In this document: positions 1-10,079 of the stretch, piece by piece
Numbering within the stretch: the first letter of the stretch is position 1
Layout: each line of letters opens with the position of its first letter
NCBI GenBank assembly: GCA_022425745.1
Contig: JAKMEW010000086.1
Location: 1 to 54,837, forward strand
Reading direction: 5' to 3'
DNA length: 54,837 nucleotides
Source: Rubripirellula sp.
GTDB taxonomy: Bacteria > Planctomycetota > Planctomycetia > Pirellulales > Pirellulaceae
Program-made: the position numbers and the translations under genes
The notes under the pieces: model-generated
Databases searched by the model: none
What the model was told of the DNA's origin: nothing
Seen by the model: the letters and a program-made list of their open reading frames with translations, nothing else

Positions 1-554
1 CAATCAGCCTGCTCAGATGTAACCGACGTGACGCTGCTACCTGTTTCAATACATTTCACCGTCACATGCGCATCACCGAGCGTTCGCAACCAGACGGAAG
101 CAGACCGATCGGTGACCGATCCCACCATTGGCCCATGCACCAATTGATGCTTCACTTGCTTCTTGGCCCAAAGTTTTAATTCTGAATCGGCGGGCAAACG
201 GTTCATCAACTCTTTGGGACCAACCAAGATTCGCTCGGGCGGTAAGCCAAGCTCAACCGCACGTCTTCCATACTCCTCTGCCAGTGAAACATTTCCCTCA
301 GCAATCGCCTGAAGCATTTTTACAAACGCTGATTCCGCTTCACCGGCAAAAGGCTTCTTGTTAGCCAAAACATCGTCTACTTTTCCAAACTTGCCCACGG
401 CAATTTGCTGGACAGAATCACGTGCGCCGTCATGCTGCGCAAGCACAACCGAGAGATTCAAAAAACACAAAAACAGACCAAACAAAAGTCGTTTTACAAA
501 GCCGCACTCCCCATGAAGGGCACCGACTATCTGGGAGATTCGAATTCGATCCAT
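1..554 (-). CDS. Partial (3' end outside window) secreted PhoD-like alkaline phosphatase D family protein
   Basis: Not in the ORF track. Manual translation from ATG 554 is open to the window edge: MDRIRISQ...KRLLFGLFLCFLNLSVVLAQ (signal-peptide-like)...LVHGPMVGSVTDRSASVWLRT, which resembles the PhoD N-terminal domain. The catalytic domain is not visible. Confidence 0.6.
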   Translation of the reverse strand, partial: MDRIRISQIVGALHGECGFVKRLLFGLFLCFLNLSVVLAQHDGARDSVQQIAVGKFGKVDDVLANKKPFAGEAESAFVKMLQAIAEGNVSLAEEYGRRAVELGLPPERILVGPKELMNRLPADSELKLWAKKQVKHQLVHGPMVGSVTDRSASVWLRTLGDAHVTVKCIETGSSVTSVTSEQAD

Positions 555-637
555 ACTTTTGTTCCTAACACATAAAAGAGTTCGGTTCGCGATACGGTGA
601 CAAATGCAGCACATCCCCAGCCCCTAAAAGATGGATC

Positions 638-2299
638 TCAGCTTGGTTGCGATGGGGGTGCAGACTCTAGCAAGCTGCAGATGAGTGGAAGCAACTGCTT
701 CTTCCGACTAACCACTTCATCTAGCTGATAAAGACGATCTTCTAGCTGGGGATAATTAATCTCTTCCCACCCGTCAGGCTCGCGACTCATTAGCAATAAA
801 CTTCCATTGCTTGAGATATCAGTCACAAGTAGCGCCGAAAACTCGAGATCGGCCGACTTGGCAAGCTCCTCCAACGAGCTTGAAAGTTCTTCCTTGCGTT
901 TCCAGAAAAGGTCAAAACCAATTTCTTCAATCTGAGAGATTGAAAAACGACGACCGGATTCTTCAAACTCTTTACAGTCCTCGCGAACAACCTGATCAGA
1001 ATCACACGATCGCAAAGCAGACCCAACCTGAAAAAACTCACCCGCAAACTGATCAAGATTGACATCGCAAAATTTCTGCAACCAGCACAGTAAATCACGA
1101 TCCACATCGGTTGCGGTTGGCGAACGTAGATTGAGTGTATCACTGATCATCCCAGACGCCATACATAGAGCAATTCCTGGGGTTGGATCGATCCCTGATG
1201 ATCGAAATAACTTGGCAACGAGGGTACACGTCGACCCAACTGGCTCCATATAGAAACGAATAGGATTGGTTGACTTCAATGAACCTCCCAGTCGATGGTG
1301 ATCCAACACCTCAATCACATCCGCATCCTCAGCGCCCTGAACAGCCTGACTAATCTCATTGTGGTCGACCAAAATGAGTTCCGGTCTCGGTGGATGCACC
1401 AAGTCACTTTTACTGATCACTCCAATCAACCGCTCCCCGTCCACGACGGGAAATACCATCTGTGGTGATCGATAGACCTGCTGCCTTGCTGCCGCGACGG
1501 GAGTTCTCGAGGGAAGCTTCATGAACTCTGGGTTAATCACTGAATCGATGAGATGCGCAGCTTTAATCCTCATCGTTGTGGTTGCAGTGTCGTAAGGGCT
1601 ATTGATCACGGTAACGCCCCGCGCTTCGGCCAATTGCAGCAGACCGCTTGAAAGCTGATAACCACCGGTAACAACTAGAGCTCTTGCGCCAGTCTCGATC
1701 GCCGGTAATTGGATCGTTGGTCGATCCCCACTGACGACCAATAATCGCTCCGCTGGGAACTTTCGCACTCGAGACATGAACCCGTTTGCACTCATCGCAC
1801 CGACCGTAACCACAAGGTCGTCCACGCGATTTGTTTCAACCGAATGCTGATAGGATCCACCGATCACTTCAACCACTTTATCAAGAGTGGTCCGAACCTC
1901 TCGCGACTTGATCGGATCCACACCACCACGCAACATCAATTGAAGCAAATCAAGTAGCGTGACGATGCCGATTACATTGTGTTCTTGATCCAGCACGGGA
2001 ATCGCCCGAACACCATGATCAAGCATACGCTGATAAACCTCAAAAAACACATCACCTTTCTTTGCGGTGATCGGATCACGATTACAAACATCCTCTAACT
2101 CGGGACGGATGTCCATCATGATCTTGGGAGAAGCAAGTCCCGCTTTACGAAGCACAAACTCAGTGCGTTCGTTTGGAGTCCCGCAACAGGCGGCGACCGC
2201 ATCTGGACGACTGGTCTGGCGAAGAAAATCCGCATACGCAAGTGCACTACAAATCGCATCCGTGTCCGGATTACGATGACCAAAAACATGAACCGGCAT
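638..2299 (-). CDS. ppaC: Family II Mn-dependent inorganic pyrophosphatase with CBS-DRTGG-CBS insert
   Basis: Motifs GHRNPDTDAICS, LVDHNE, LDHH, GMISDT and C-terminal SRKKQ; central insert with SGDR...VTGG (DRTGG) flanked by CBS-like segments. Confidence 0.92.
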   Translation of the reverse strand: MPVHVFGHRNPDTDAICSALAYADFLRQTSRPDAVAACCGTPNERTEFVLRKAGLASPKIMMDIRPELEDVCNRDPITAKKGDVFFEVYQRMLDHGVRAIPVLDQEHNVIGIVTLLDLLQLMLRGGVDPIKSREVRTTLDKVVEVIGGSYQHSVETNRVDDLVVTVGAMSANGFMSRVRKFPAERLLVVSGDRPTIQLPAIETGARALVVTGGYQLSSGLLQLAEARGVTVINSPYDTATTTMRIKAAHLIDSVINPEFMKLPSRTPVAAARQQVYRSPQMVFPVVDGERLIGVISKSDLVHPPRPELILVDHNEISQAVQGAEDADVIEVLDHHRLGGSLKSTNPIRFYMEPVGSTCTLVAKLFRSSGIDPTPGIALCMASGMISDTLNLRSPTATDVDRDLLCWLQKFCDVNLDQFAGEFFQVGSALRSCDSDQVVREDCKEFEESGRRFSISQIEEIGFDLFWKRKEELSSSLEELAKSADLEFSALLVTDISSNGSLLLMSREPDGWEEINYPQLEDRLYQLDEVVSRKKQLLPLICSLLESAPPSQPS

Positions 2300-2508
2300 G
2301 AATCGTTCCGCTCAGCGCTAAGAAAAAACGATGAATTAGTCGCTCGTGCAACGAAGTGATAATTCCTACGTAGCAGTCCCTATTAATGTAGAGAAAGCAA
2401 CAGTGGTTAAGTGGAAGATGGAGTGCTCAGGCAACCAATAATTTGAAATTAATCAAACGACGCTGGCAAGAAATTTCCACAGCAGAACCTGCTGGGCAAG
2501 AAGGGCAT

Positions 2509-3054
2509 CTACGGCAAAATATCCCGTGCCTTCTCAAGAATGTCTTCGGGCTCACTCATTCTCCCAGCTCCTCGACTGCGACAACTCAGCCAGCCCTCTT
2601 CAGGCCCAATGAGCTGGCACCCATCCGCACGAAGCTGCTGCACATTGCGTTGCACCGAAGGCTTACTCCACATCAACTCGCTCATTGCCGGTGCAAGTAA
2701 CATTTGGCAATCGCACTGCAGATAAAGTGTGCTGATCAGATCATCTGCAATCCCGTTAGCAAACTTGCCAATCAGATTAGCCGTTGCGGGAGCAACAATC
2801 ATTAGATCCAAAGCCTTAGCTAACTCAATGTGTGCCCCCGTGGGATACTGCTCCGGCTCAAAGCTATCGATTCCGACGGAGCGACCCGATAAAGCAGCGA
2901 AGGTCGGTGGACCGACAAAACGCTGCGCCGATGGGGTCATCACTACCCGAACCTCATGGCCGAGTTGAACGAGACGACTGCACAACACAGCCGTCTTGTA
3001 GGCCGCAATGCCTCCACCCACTGCCAGTAAGACGGTAGCGGGCGTCTGACTCAT
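2509..3054 (-). CDS. coaC: Phosphopantothenoylcysteine decarboxylase (stand-alone CoaC flavoprotein)
   Basis: Motifs GGIAAYK, HIELA, APATAN, APAM, LSC..G.GRM. Only 181 aa, with no CoaB domain. Lies downstream of rpoZ with a 4-nt overlap. Confidence 0.9.
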   Translation of the reverse strand: MSQTPATVLLAVGGGIAAYKTAVLCSRLVQLGHEVRVVMTPSAQRFVGPPTFAALSGRSVGIDSFEPEQYPTGAHIELAKALDLMIVAPATANLIGKFANGIADDLISTLYLQCDCQMLLAPAMSELMWSKPSVQRNVQQLRADGCQLIGPEEGWLSCRSRGAGRMSEPEDILEKARDILP

Positions 3055-3323
3055 AGGTCAGCTGCTTCAATTTCTGGACCTTCGGCCGCAGCAATGGTTG
3101 CGTCCAAGTCCATCAATTTTTCAACTTCGTTATCCATGTTCAGGACAATCTTGTCCTGCATGATTTCTTGCAAAACGATCGTCATCTTGTCGTGGGTATC
3201 CACATTCACCAATGCACGACTGCCTTGGTTGAGTTGCACAAGACGCTTTTGAATCAGCGTGCTCAACTTGAAGCGACCGCCAACCTTGTTAACGATCTCT
3301 TCTTCTTTCAGTTCCTCTAGCAT
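3051..3323 (-). CDS. rpoZ: DNA-directed RNA polymerase subunit omega
   Basis: 90 aa, KVGGRFKL...QKR..QL; sits in the conserved gmk-rpoZ-coaBC order. Confidence 0.9.
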   Translation of the reverse strand: MLEELKEEEIVNKVGGRFKLSTLIQKRLVQLNQGSRALVNVDTHDKMTIVLQEIMQDKIVLNMDNEVEKLMDLDATIAAAEGPEIEAADL

Positions 3324-3335
3324 TCTTAATGCTCC

Positions 3336-3947
3336 CTATAAGTCTCTATGTTCGACCAATCGCTGACAGATTTCATCGGCCGCTTGGTCGACCGAGTCAT
3401 TAATGATTTGATACCGATATCGATGCATGAGTTGAATTTCATCCTCAGCAATCCTTAGACGCCTAGAAATCACCTCATCATCCTCTGTTTCTCGCCCCCG
3501 CAGTCGCGACTCCAATGAGTCGAGCCCACCGGTGTGGATAAAAATGGTGATGGGTTCGAAATCGCTCTGCTCCAGAACCGCCATGGCTCCCTGCACGTCG
3601 ATCTCCAAAATAACCCAAAACCCCTCTTTTAGACCAGTGGCAACTTGCTCCCTAAGTGTGCCATACCAGTAGCCTAGTCCAAAAACCTCTTTACACTCGA
3701 GGAATTCGCCTTTCTCCCGTAGGTCATCAAACTCAGACGCACCAAGGAAATGATAATGTACTCCGTCAATCTCTCCAGCCCGAGCCGGCCTTGTTGTCGC
3801 GGAAACACTAAGTTTTAGGGGTATTTCACAACGATCCAGCAATTGAAGGACAACGGTTGATTTCCCAGCACCACTCGGGCCGGAAATGATCACCAATCTA
3901 CCTTTTTCACGATCAACCATCTCTGAAAACCCGTTTTTCCCGCTCAC
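3336..3947 (-). CDS. gmk: Guanylate kinase
   Basis: P-loop SGPSGAGKST, SVSATTR, YGT, LEIDVQGA. The start may be ATG 3920. Confidence 0.96.
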   Translation of the reverse strand: MSGKNGFSEMVDREKGRLVIISGPSGAGKSTVVLQLLDRCEIPLKLSVSATTRPARAGEIDGVHYHFLGASEFDDLREKGEFLECKEVFGLGYWYGTLREQVATGLKEGFWVILEIDVQGAMAVLEQSDFEPITIFIHTGGLDSLESRLRGRETEDDEVISRRLRIAEDEIQLMHRYRYQIINDSVDQAADEICQRLVEHRDL

Positions 3948-3996
3948 ACCCCCGTCAACCGACTTCGCAACCTAAGAGTTGATGTCGAGGATATGG

Positions 3997-4917
3997 TTAC
4001 TCTAGGTTCTGCACCAATTCCCGCATTCTCTCAATGGCACACTTGATTTCGACCACGTGGGTGGAAATTTCAGCATCTGATGCCTTACTACCAATGGTAT
4101 TGGTCTCTCGAAACATTTCCTGAAGGATGAAATCCAGCTTTCGACCAGTCGGCTGGCTGGACTGCTCCTCGCCCCGCAGCACACTCGAGAACATCTTCAG
4201 ATGGCTCCCAAGCCGAACAATCTCTTCGTGAATATCGACTCGGTCAGCATAGATCTGAACTTCTCGTAGCAAATCTACCTCGGAGACCTGCACACCATGC
4301 TCCTCGAGCGTCCGCTCAATCTTGCCCTGCAACCGCTGCCGGTAAACATCAACCGACCTCGGTGAGGTGTTCCGAACCGCCTCAAGATTCTGACCGATCT
4401 GATCGCAATCCACCTCAAGGCTCTCTGACATACGAAACCCCTCGATACTTCTCATCGTATCAAGATGATCAATCGCCTCGAGAATCACCTGCTGGACAAA
4501 ATCCCAACGCTGCTCATTTCCCGAACGGTCTACCACCGCGGTGTTTAAAACACCTGGAAGTGAAAAGAGTGAGGCGAGGTCGACCTGTGCTTTGACACCC
4601 TGATGCCGCCCTTGTAACTGCCCGATCGCACTTAGATAGGTATCTATTGCAGCAGTATTAATCGATGGCACTTCTTCTGCAGTTGGACGCTTGAAGGTCA
4701 CGCTCAAGTGTACCGTCCCGCGATGCACACGATTGCGAATCAATGCCTCCACTTGATTTTCATGCGGCAAGAGTATGTCACTTAGCCTTGGCACGCACTT
4801 GAATCCCCGGCTGTTAACCGTACGAATCTCAACTTGCACACTCCCTAATTCACTGACGGCACTTGCGTGCCCCTGGCCCGTCATACTACGAACAGCGGAA
4901 GCGTGCTTGTCCGACAT
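3997..4917 (-). CDS. yicC: YicC/YloC family endoribonuclease
   Basis: Motifs RSMTG, EIRTVNSR, GRKLDF..QEMFRETNTIGSK, REL.QNLE; usual position upstream of gmk. Confidence 0.93.
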   Translation of the reverse strand: MSDKHASAVRSMTGQGHASAVSELGSVQVEIRTVNSRGFKCVPRLSDILLPHENQVEALIRNRVHRGTVHLSVTFKRPTAEEVPSINTAAIDTYLSAIGQLQGRHQGVKAQVDLASLFSLPGVLNTAVVDRSGNEQRWDFVQQVILEAIDHLDTMRSIEGFRMSESLEVDCDQIGQNLEAVRNTSPRSVDVYRQRLQGKIERTLEEHGVQVSEVDLLREVQIYADRVDIHEEIVRLGSHLKMFSSVLRGEEQSSQPTGRKLDFILQEMFRETNTIGSKASDAEISTHVVEIKCAIERMRELVQNLE

Positions 4918-5151
4918 AGAGAGTCCTTGTGATCAATTGACCGTCGCGACACTGATTTCATCAATCAAATCAGTGAAGCGTTATCGAAAATGAAGAATTG
5001 CTCATTAAGCTCAGAGCTGACAACCCTGCTGAGCTCGCAAGTGCTCACTGCGGGAACCAGTGCCCACGCCTCATGAGTCACCAGTCAAGCCCAAACCCGC
5101 GAATGACAGACCCGCGGATGACTTTGTGATGCGATGAGCGTCACCCCAAGC

Positions 5152-5703
5152 CTACTCAGATTCTTCTGCGGCGGCGGAAGAGTCGGCAGATTCATCTGCT
5201 TCTTCGCTAGGCTCAGTTTCGACCGGATCCGATTCAGACGAATCAGTCTCGGCTGGTGCCAAATCAGCAGATGGGGTGGTGGAGTCCGCTTCCACATCTT
5301 CCTCTTGGTCTGTCTTGGTAACCAAACCATCGGGATCATCGGTACTCATGTCGCCGCCCATACTCGCTTCATCGACCCCTCCGTCCTCAACGTCGATGCC
5401 GGCGTCTTGAACATTAGCAGCAGAAGCCGCCGTCGCGGGACTGCTCCCCCCGTCTCCAAGGACCAACATTGTGATCACACAGGTCAGACCCCACAGAGAC
5501 GCCACGACGATGGTGATCGCTGTAAAGGTGTCGCCTGCTTTGCTACCGAAAGCGCTCTGCCCACCAGGACCACCTAAGGCACCAGTCAATCCACCACCTT
5601 TTCCACGCTGAATCAGAATCAGCATGATCAGAAATAGTGAGAGGAAGGCCATTAGCCATCCGAGCAAAACACCTGCCAAGGAAGCCAAAGGTAAAATCAT
5701 CAT
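5152..5703 (-). CDS. secG: Preprotein translocase subunit SecG with long acidic C-terminal tail
   Basis: TM-ILIQRGKGGGL.GALGG.GGQSAFGSK-TM; located downstream of tpiA. Confidence 0.92.
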   Translation of the reverse strand: MMILPLASLAGVLLGWLMAFLSLFLIMLILIQRGKGGGLTGALGGPGGQSAFGSKAGDTFTAITIVVASLWGLTCVITMLVLGDGGSSPATAASAANVQDAGIDVEDGGVDEASMGGDMSTDDPDGLVTKTDQEEDVEADSTTPSADLAPAETDSSESDPVETEPSEEADESADSSAAAEESE

Positions 5704-5752
5704 GGTCGTTCACTTCAAAGTTATCTGGAAAGTTCGGAGCAGTCGGAAGGCT

Positions 5753-6508
5753 TTAACCGGCGTTAATGATGCCTGCAAAATCTTCTACTTTCAGACTCGC
5801 GCCACCGACTAGGGCTCCGTCGATATTGGGTTGACCAAGCAGTTCAGTTGCATTGCTCGGTTTAACACTACCACCATACTGAATACGAATTTGTTCGGCG
5901 GTCTGAGCCGAAAAGATATCACCGAGCAACCGACGAATGAAAGCGTGCACTTCCTCAGCCTGCTCAGGAGTGGCCGTTTTGCCGGTACCAATCGCCCAAA
6001 CTGGCTCATAAGCCAGGACGATCGAGGTTGCACGAACCTCATCAAGCCCTGCAAGTGACCCGCGAACCTGAGTTTCGACCACTTGTTCGGTTTGGCCTGA
6101 TTCTCGATCCCCTAAAGTCTCACCAACACAAACAATTGGGGTCAAATTGCCAGCTAAGGCGTTGTGCAGTTTTTCGCTAATCTGCTGATCGGTTTCACCG
6201 AGCAAAGCGCGTCGCTCACTATGCCCAAGGATCACATAGCCACACCCAACGTCTGTCAGCATGCCTGCGTTGACTTCTCCGGTGAATGCACCGTCTTCGG
6301 CAGCGTACAGGTTTTGCGCCCCGAGACCGACCGGAGTTCCTGCAACTGCTTCCCCAACAGCACTGAGATAAACTGATGGCGGACAAAGAACAACATCAAC
6401 AGAAGGATTTTCACCCACCGCTTCAGCGACCCCCGAGGCCAACGCGGTGGCCGAGGATGAACGCATGTTCATTTTCCAGTTTCCTGCAATGATTCGACGA
6501 CGGCTCAA
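5753..6508 (-). CDS. tpiA: Triosephosphate isomerase
   Basis: Motifs [36 protein letters not shown]. Confidence 0.98.
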   Translation of the reverse strand: MSRRRIIAGNWKMNMRSSSATALASGVAEAVGENPSVDVVLCPPSVYLSAVGEAVAGTPVGLGAQNLYAAEDGAFTGEVNAGMLTDVGCGYVILGHSERRALLGETDQQISEKLHNALAGNLTPIVCVGETLGDRESGQTEQVVETQVRGSLAGLDEVRATSIVLAYEPVWAIGTGKTATPEQAEEVHAFIRRLLGDIFSAQTAEQIRIQYGGSVKPSNATELLGQPNIDGALVGGASLKVEDFAGIINAG

Positions 6509-7542
6509 AGCGACTTCTCCGGTAGGGGTGAAATAGTTTTTCCAAGGATTCCAGCCAGTTGCCGCATTTGGACAACAAGCTCAGCATATTGTTCAGGCAG
6601 CAAAGCCTGTGGGCCATCGCTCTTGGCAACTTCAGGACAATCATGCACTTCGATGTGCACGCCATCTGCACCAGCAGCTAAACCAGCCATTGAACAGGCA
6701 GGAATGAGATCCGGTCTCCCCGTTGCATGAGAAGGATCGACGATCACAGGTAAATGAGTCAACGTGTGAAGCAAGGGAACAGCAGCAACGTCGAAGACGT
6801 TACGAGTTGCCGGGTCGAACCCCTTAATTCCACGTTCGCAAAGGATCACATTGGGATTGCCTTGAGACAAGATGTACTCAGCGCACATCAGTAAATCATT
6901 GGCTGTGGCACTCATGCCTCTTTTGAGCAGCACCGGCCGGTGCGACTTACCAACCTCTGTCAGCAGGACAAAATTCTGCATATTTCGTGCACCGACCTGC
7001 AACATATCCGCATACTCAGCGACGGTTTCCACCAAACGCGGATCGGTGACTTCGGTCACCACGGGCATCTTGAAAGCATCACCGACCTCTCGCAGCAGCT
7101 TCAGCCCCTCTTCGCCCATACCTTGGTAAGCGTATGGGCTTGTTCGCGGCTTGTAAGCTCCGCCGCGAAAAATATTCGCTCCAGACTCGCAAACCGATTC
7201 CGCAATACGGAACATTCGGTCGCGGTCCTCAACACTACAAGGTCCGGCGATCATTCCAAGGTGACCACCGCCAACTTTAACCCCAGCCACATCGATCACG
7301 CTTGGCTCAGGATGAGCATCACGCGACGCTAGTTTGTATGCCGGAAGGACGGGAACCACACTGGCAACACCGGGAATCGCCCGCAGAGAGTCTTCTCTGA
7401 GCTGATCCTCATCACCAATGATCCCAACGATTGTGCGGTGGGTTCCACGACTTAGGTGGTGCTGGAGCCCCATTTCCTCGACGCGTGCCAAGACGTGTTC
7501 GATTTGCTCCTCGGTAGCGTTACTCTTAAGAATCAGAATCAC
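6505..7542 (-). CDS. aroF: 3-deoxy-7-phosphoheptulonate (DAHP) synthase, type I-beta with N-terminal ACT-like domain
   Basis: Motifs [48 protein letters not shown]. Confidence 0.93.
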   Translation of the reverse strand: MILILKSNATEEQIEHVLARVEEMGLQHHLSRGTHRTIVGIIGDEDQLREDSLRAIPGVASVVPVLPAYKLASRDAHPEPSVIDVAGVKVGGGHLGMIAGPCSVEDRDRMFRIAESVCESGANIFRGGAYKPRTSPYAYQGMGEEGLKLLREVGDAFKMPVVTEVTDPRLVETVAEYADMLQVGARNMQNFVLLTEVGKSHRPVLLKRGMSATANDLLMCAEYILSQGNPNVILCERGIKGFDPATRNVFDVAAVPLLHTLTHLPVIVDPSHATGRPDLIPACSMAGLAAGADGVHIEVHDCPEVAKSDGPQALLPEQYAELVVQMRQLAGILGKTISPLPEKSL

Positions 7543-7677
7543 AGATGTTACAAACGGTTAAAGGCGTTAGCGCAAATGCAGTGGGCAGACGTAAAACCAC
7601 AAAGAGCCGCGTAATTTATCACTTCGGGGACGATTTCGTCGAGCCCAGCGGTTGGAGATCTGTGAACTAGTGAAAAA

Positions 7678-8922
7678 TCAAGCAAACCCGGCTAATTCAC
7701 CCGCACGCTGAACTCGGGTAATCCCAATCATATAAGCCGCTGTTCGCAATGAAACACTGTGCTGGTTGGCAGTCTGCCAGACATTTTCGAAGGCATCGCT
7801 GAGGGTATGCTCGAGCTCACTTCGCACTCGATCCAATGTCCAGCGGTAATGCTGCCGGTTCTGCACCCACTCAAAGTAGCTGACGGTGACCCCGCCAGCA
7901 TTGGCGAGGATGTCGGGAAGAACGGTGACCCCACGCTCGTGCAAAATGTAATCTGCAATCGGATAAACCGGCCCATTGGCACCCTCGACGATCACTTTTG
8001 CCTGAATTTTCTCCGCATTTTCCTCGGTAATGACTCCACCCACCGCCGCAGGAATCAAAACATGAACATCTCCCAGCTCCAACAATGCGTCGGCGGGCAA
8101 TTTTTCGCAATCCTGATACCCTTCCAAGAGGCCGCGAGGATGCTCCAACTTATGTTTGAGCAACGCTCGAACGTTCAGCCCAGAACCGCGATAGTAGGTT
8201 CCAGAGATGTCACTGACTGCAATGATTGGAAACTGTGCCTCGTCTAAAAACTTGGCAGCATGGGCACCAACATTTCCAAAACCTTGGATCGCGATATTGG
8301 TCTCGTTGGAATTGGCTCCCAAACGCTTCATCAACTTATGAGTCAGCAGACCTACCCCGCGACCGGTCGCCTCTTCACGCCCCTTTGCACCGTACTCTTC
8401 GACCGGCTTCCCGGTAATCACCGAGGGATTGAAACCGTAGTATTTTTCCCACTGATTCCTGAACCATGCCATCACCCGATGGTCCGTCCCCATGTCAGGA
8501 CCTGGGATGTCTTTGTCTGGGCCAACGATTTCGTGAATCTTATCAACAAATGCACGAGTTAATCTCTCGATTTCTCGTGATGAAAGGGTGTTAGGATCCA
8601 CACCTATGCCGCCCTTCGCTCCGCCAAAAGGCAGATTAGCCACGGCGGTCTTCCAAGTCATCAAACTTGCTAACGCTCGTACTTCATCCAAGTCCACATT
8701 CGGGTGATACCGCAATCCACCTTTCATTGGACCACGGTACTTGTCGTGCTGAACACGAAAGCCAACAAAATTCTCGAGCCTACCGTTGTCACGTTCTATC
8801 GTGACCTGAACCTGCATTTCACGGCTCGGCATGAGTAATGATTGGCGGATATCGGATTCAATTCCGAGCTGGTCAGCCGCAATCTCAAAAAATCTCGTCG
8901 TCGCCTCAAACGCCTTCATCAT
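7678..8922 (-). CDS. gdhA: Glu/Leu/Phe/Val dehydrogenase (glutamate dehydrogenase)
   Basis: Motifs GPMKGGLRYHP, GGAKGG, TGKP, GREEATGRG, QGFGNVG, EGANGP, NAGGVTVSYFEW. Confidence 0.92.
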   Translation of the reverse strand: MMKAFEATTRFFEIAADQLGIESDIRQSLLMPSREMQVQVTIERDNGRLENFVGFRVQHDKYRGPMKGGLRYHPNVDLDEVRALASLMTWKTAVANLPFGGAKGGIGVDPNTLSSREIERLTRAFVDKIHEIVGPDKDIPGPDMGTDHRVMAWFRNQWEKYYGFNPSVITGKPVEEYGAKGREEATGRGVGLLTHKLMKRLGANSNETNIAIQGFGNVGAHAAKFLDEAQFPIIAVSDISGTYYRGSGLNVRALLKHKLEHPRGLLEGYQDCEKLPADALLELGDVHVLIPAAVGGVITEENAEKIQAKVIVEGANGPVYPIADYILHERGVTVLPDILANAGGVTVSYFEWVQNRQHYRWTLDRVRSELEHTLSDAFENVWQTANQHSVSLRTAAYMIGITRVQRAGELAGFA

Positions 8923-8980
8923 TCACCTCAATGATTTCATTCACTGAATCGATAGGGGATTCCATCGTGATTGCCTCGAA

Positions 8981-9718
8981 TCAACGTGGCTTTGCGCGAG
9001 TGATCCGATATGCCTGATCTGCCAAATCAAAAACCGAATCAGTATCGGGATCATTGGGTACGGCAGAAAAGTAATGATCATCGATACCTAACAAACGCCG
9101 CCTGTGCTTTGACACACCAGGATCCAAATCAAGAAAACCTTCTGCAAGCTCAAAGTCACGATCCCACAGAATCGATTCAGAAAGTTCATTGATCAGAAGT
9201 TCCCATTCCGGAAGCTCCGCGCACTCCTGATCAAATACAACCACTTCGTCGTCAGCGTCAACGCAATCGTAACGACAATCAAAGCATGCCTGATGTGCCA
9301 ACAACACCAGCTCTCGCCAACTTTCCGGCGGATGCTGATCAGAAGTTTGTGTTGTTTTGTCGAGCCCTCTCGGCGAAACAGTTCGCGGCTGCCTTCCCAG
9401 ACGGATCTCGATTGCGACCTGATCTCGCACCTCAACAAAGAGAGCCGCTACCGTTGCATCTGTCAGGGCAGTCAACGGAAGCGGTTCGGTCGTCTCACAC
9501 AACAAAAAGCTCGCGACCTGGTGCAAGAGCGCAATGCGTTGAGACGCCGTGCAGGAATCGTAAACGCTAATCCCCGTCGAACAGTCGCTAGCCTCTTCTT
9601 CAAAATCGTCATGGATTCGCATCACCAGTGCGGAAACCAACTCATCAATGGCTCGACCAATCAGCGCAGCTTCATCACCGACAAGCGTTCGATCACCGCG
9701 ACTGGTATGCCACATCAC
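8981..9718 (-). CDS. Hypothetical acidic protein
   Basis: 245-aa ORF that fills the gap and is co-oriented with its neighbours; protein-like composition but no family recognised. Confidence 0.7.
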   Translation of the reverse strand: MMWHTSRGDRTLVGDEAALIGRAIDELVSALVMRIHDDFEEEASDCSTGISVYDSCTASQRIALLHQVASFLLCETTEPLPLTALTDATVAALFVEVRDQVAIEIRLGRQPRTVSPRGLDKTTQTSDQHPPESWRELVLLAHQACFDCRYDCVDADDEVVVFDQECAELPEWELLINELSESILWDRDFELAEGFLDLDPGVSKHRRRLLGIDDHYFSAVPNDPDTDSVFDLADQAYRITRAKPR

Positions 9719-10079
9719 CGCCCCCTAACTGGTTGATACACGCCGGATCTGACCTTTGGGTGACCAAACTTCTACCCCGCGTTGACAGCCCACATCATAG
9801 CTGCTGGCAAAGCATTTTCAGCCCGCCTGACACACAAGAACGACGGATTTCGTGCGATTAAAAACAACTAAAAATCAACGGGATCGACAACATTTACCTT
9901 GACGTTAACGTTTAACAAACACAACGTTTTCATTGCCCGAAAAAGCGAAACGCGACTCAGTTCCAATTGGTGCATTTTCATTCGAGCAATATCCGAAAAC
10001 GGACTCCTACGAAACACACCACCGAATAATGGAGGGACGATCTGAATCGTCGGTGAACTAAACATCACTCGCGCGCATG

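Noticed and set aside
9719-10079. RiPP precursor peptide for the radical SAM enzyme
   Set aside because: The short ORFs here (e.g. 9868-10068) lack an RBS, leader or core-like motif, and no transporter or peptidase is adjacent.
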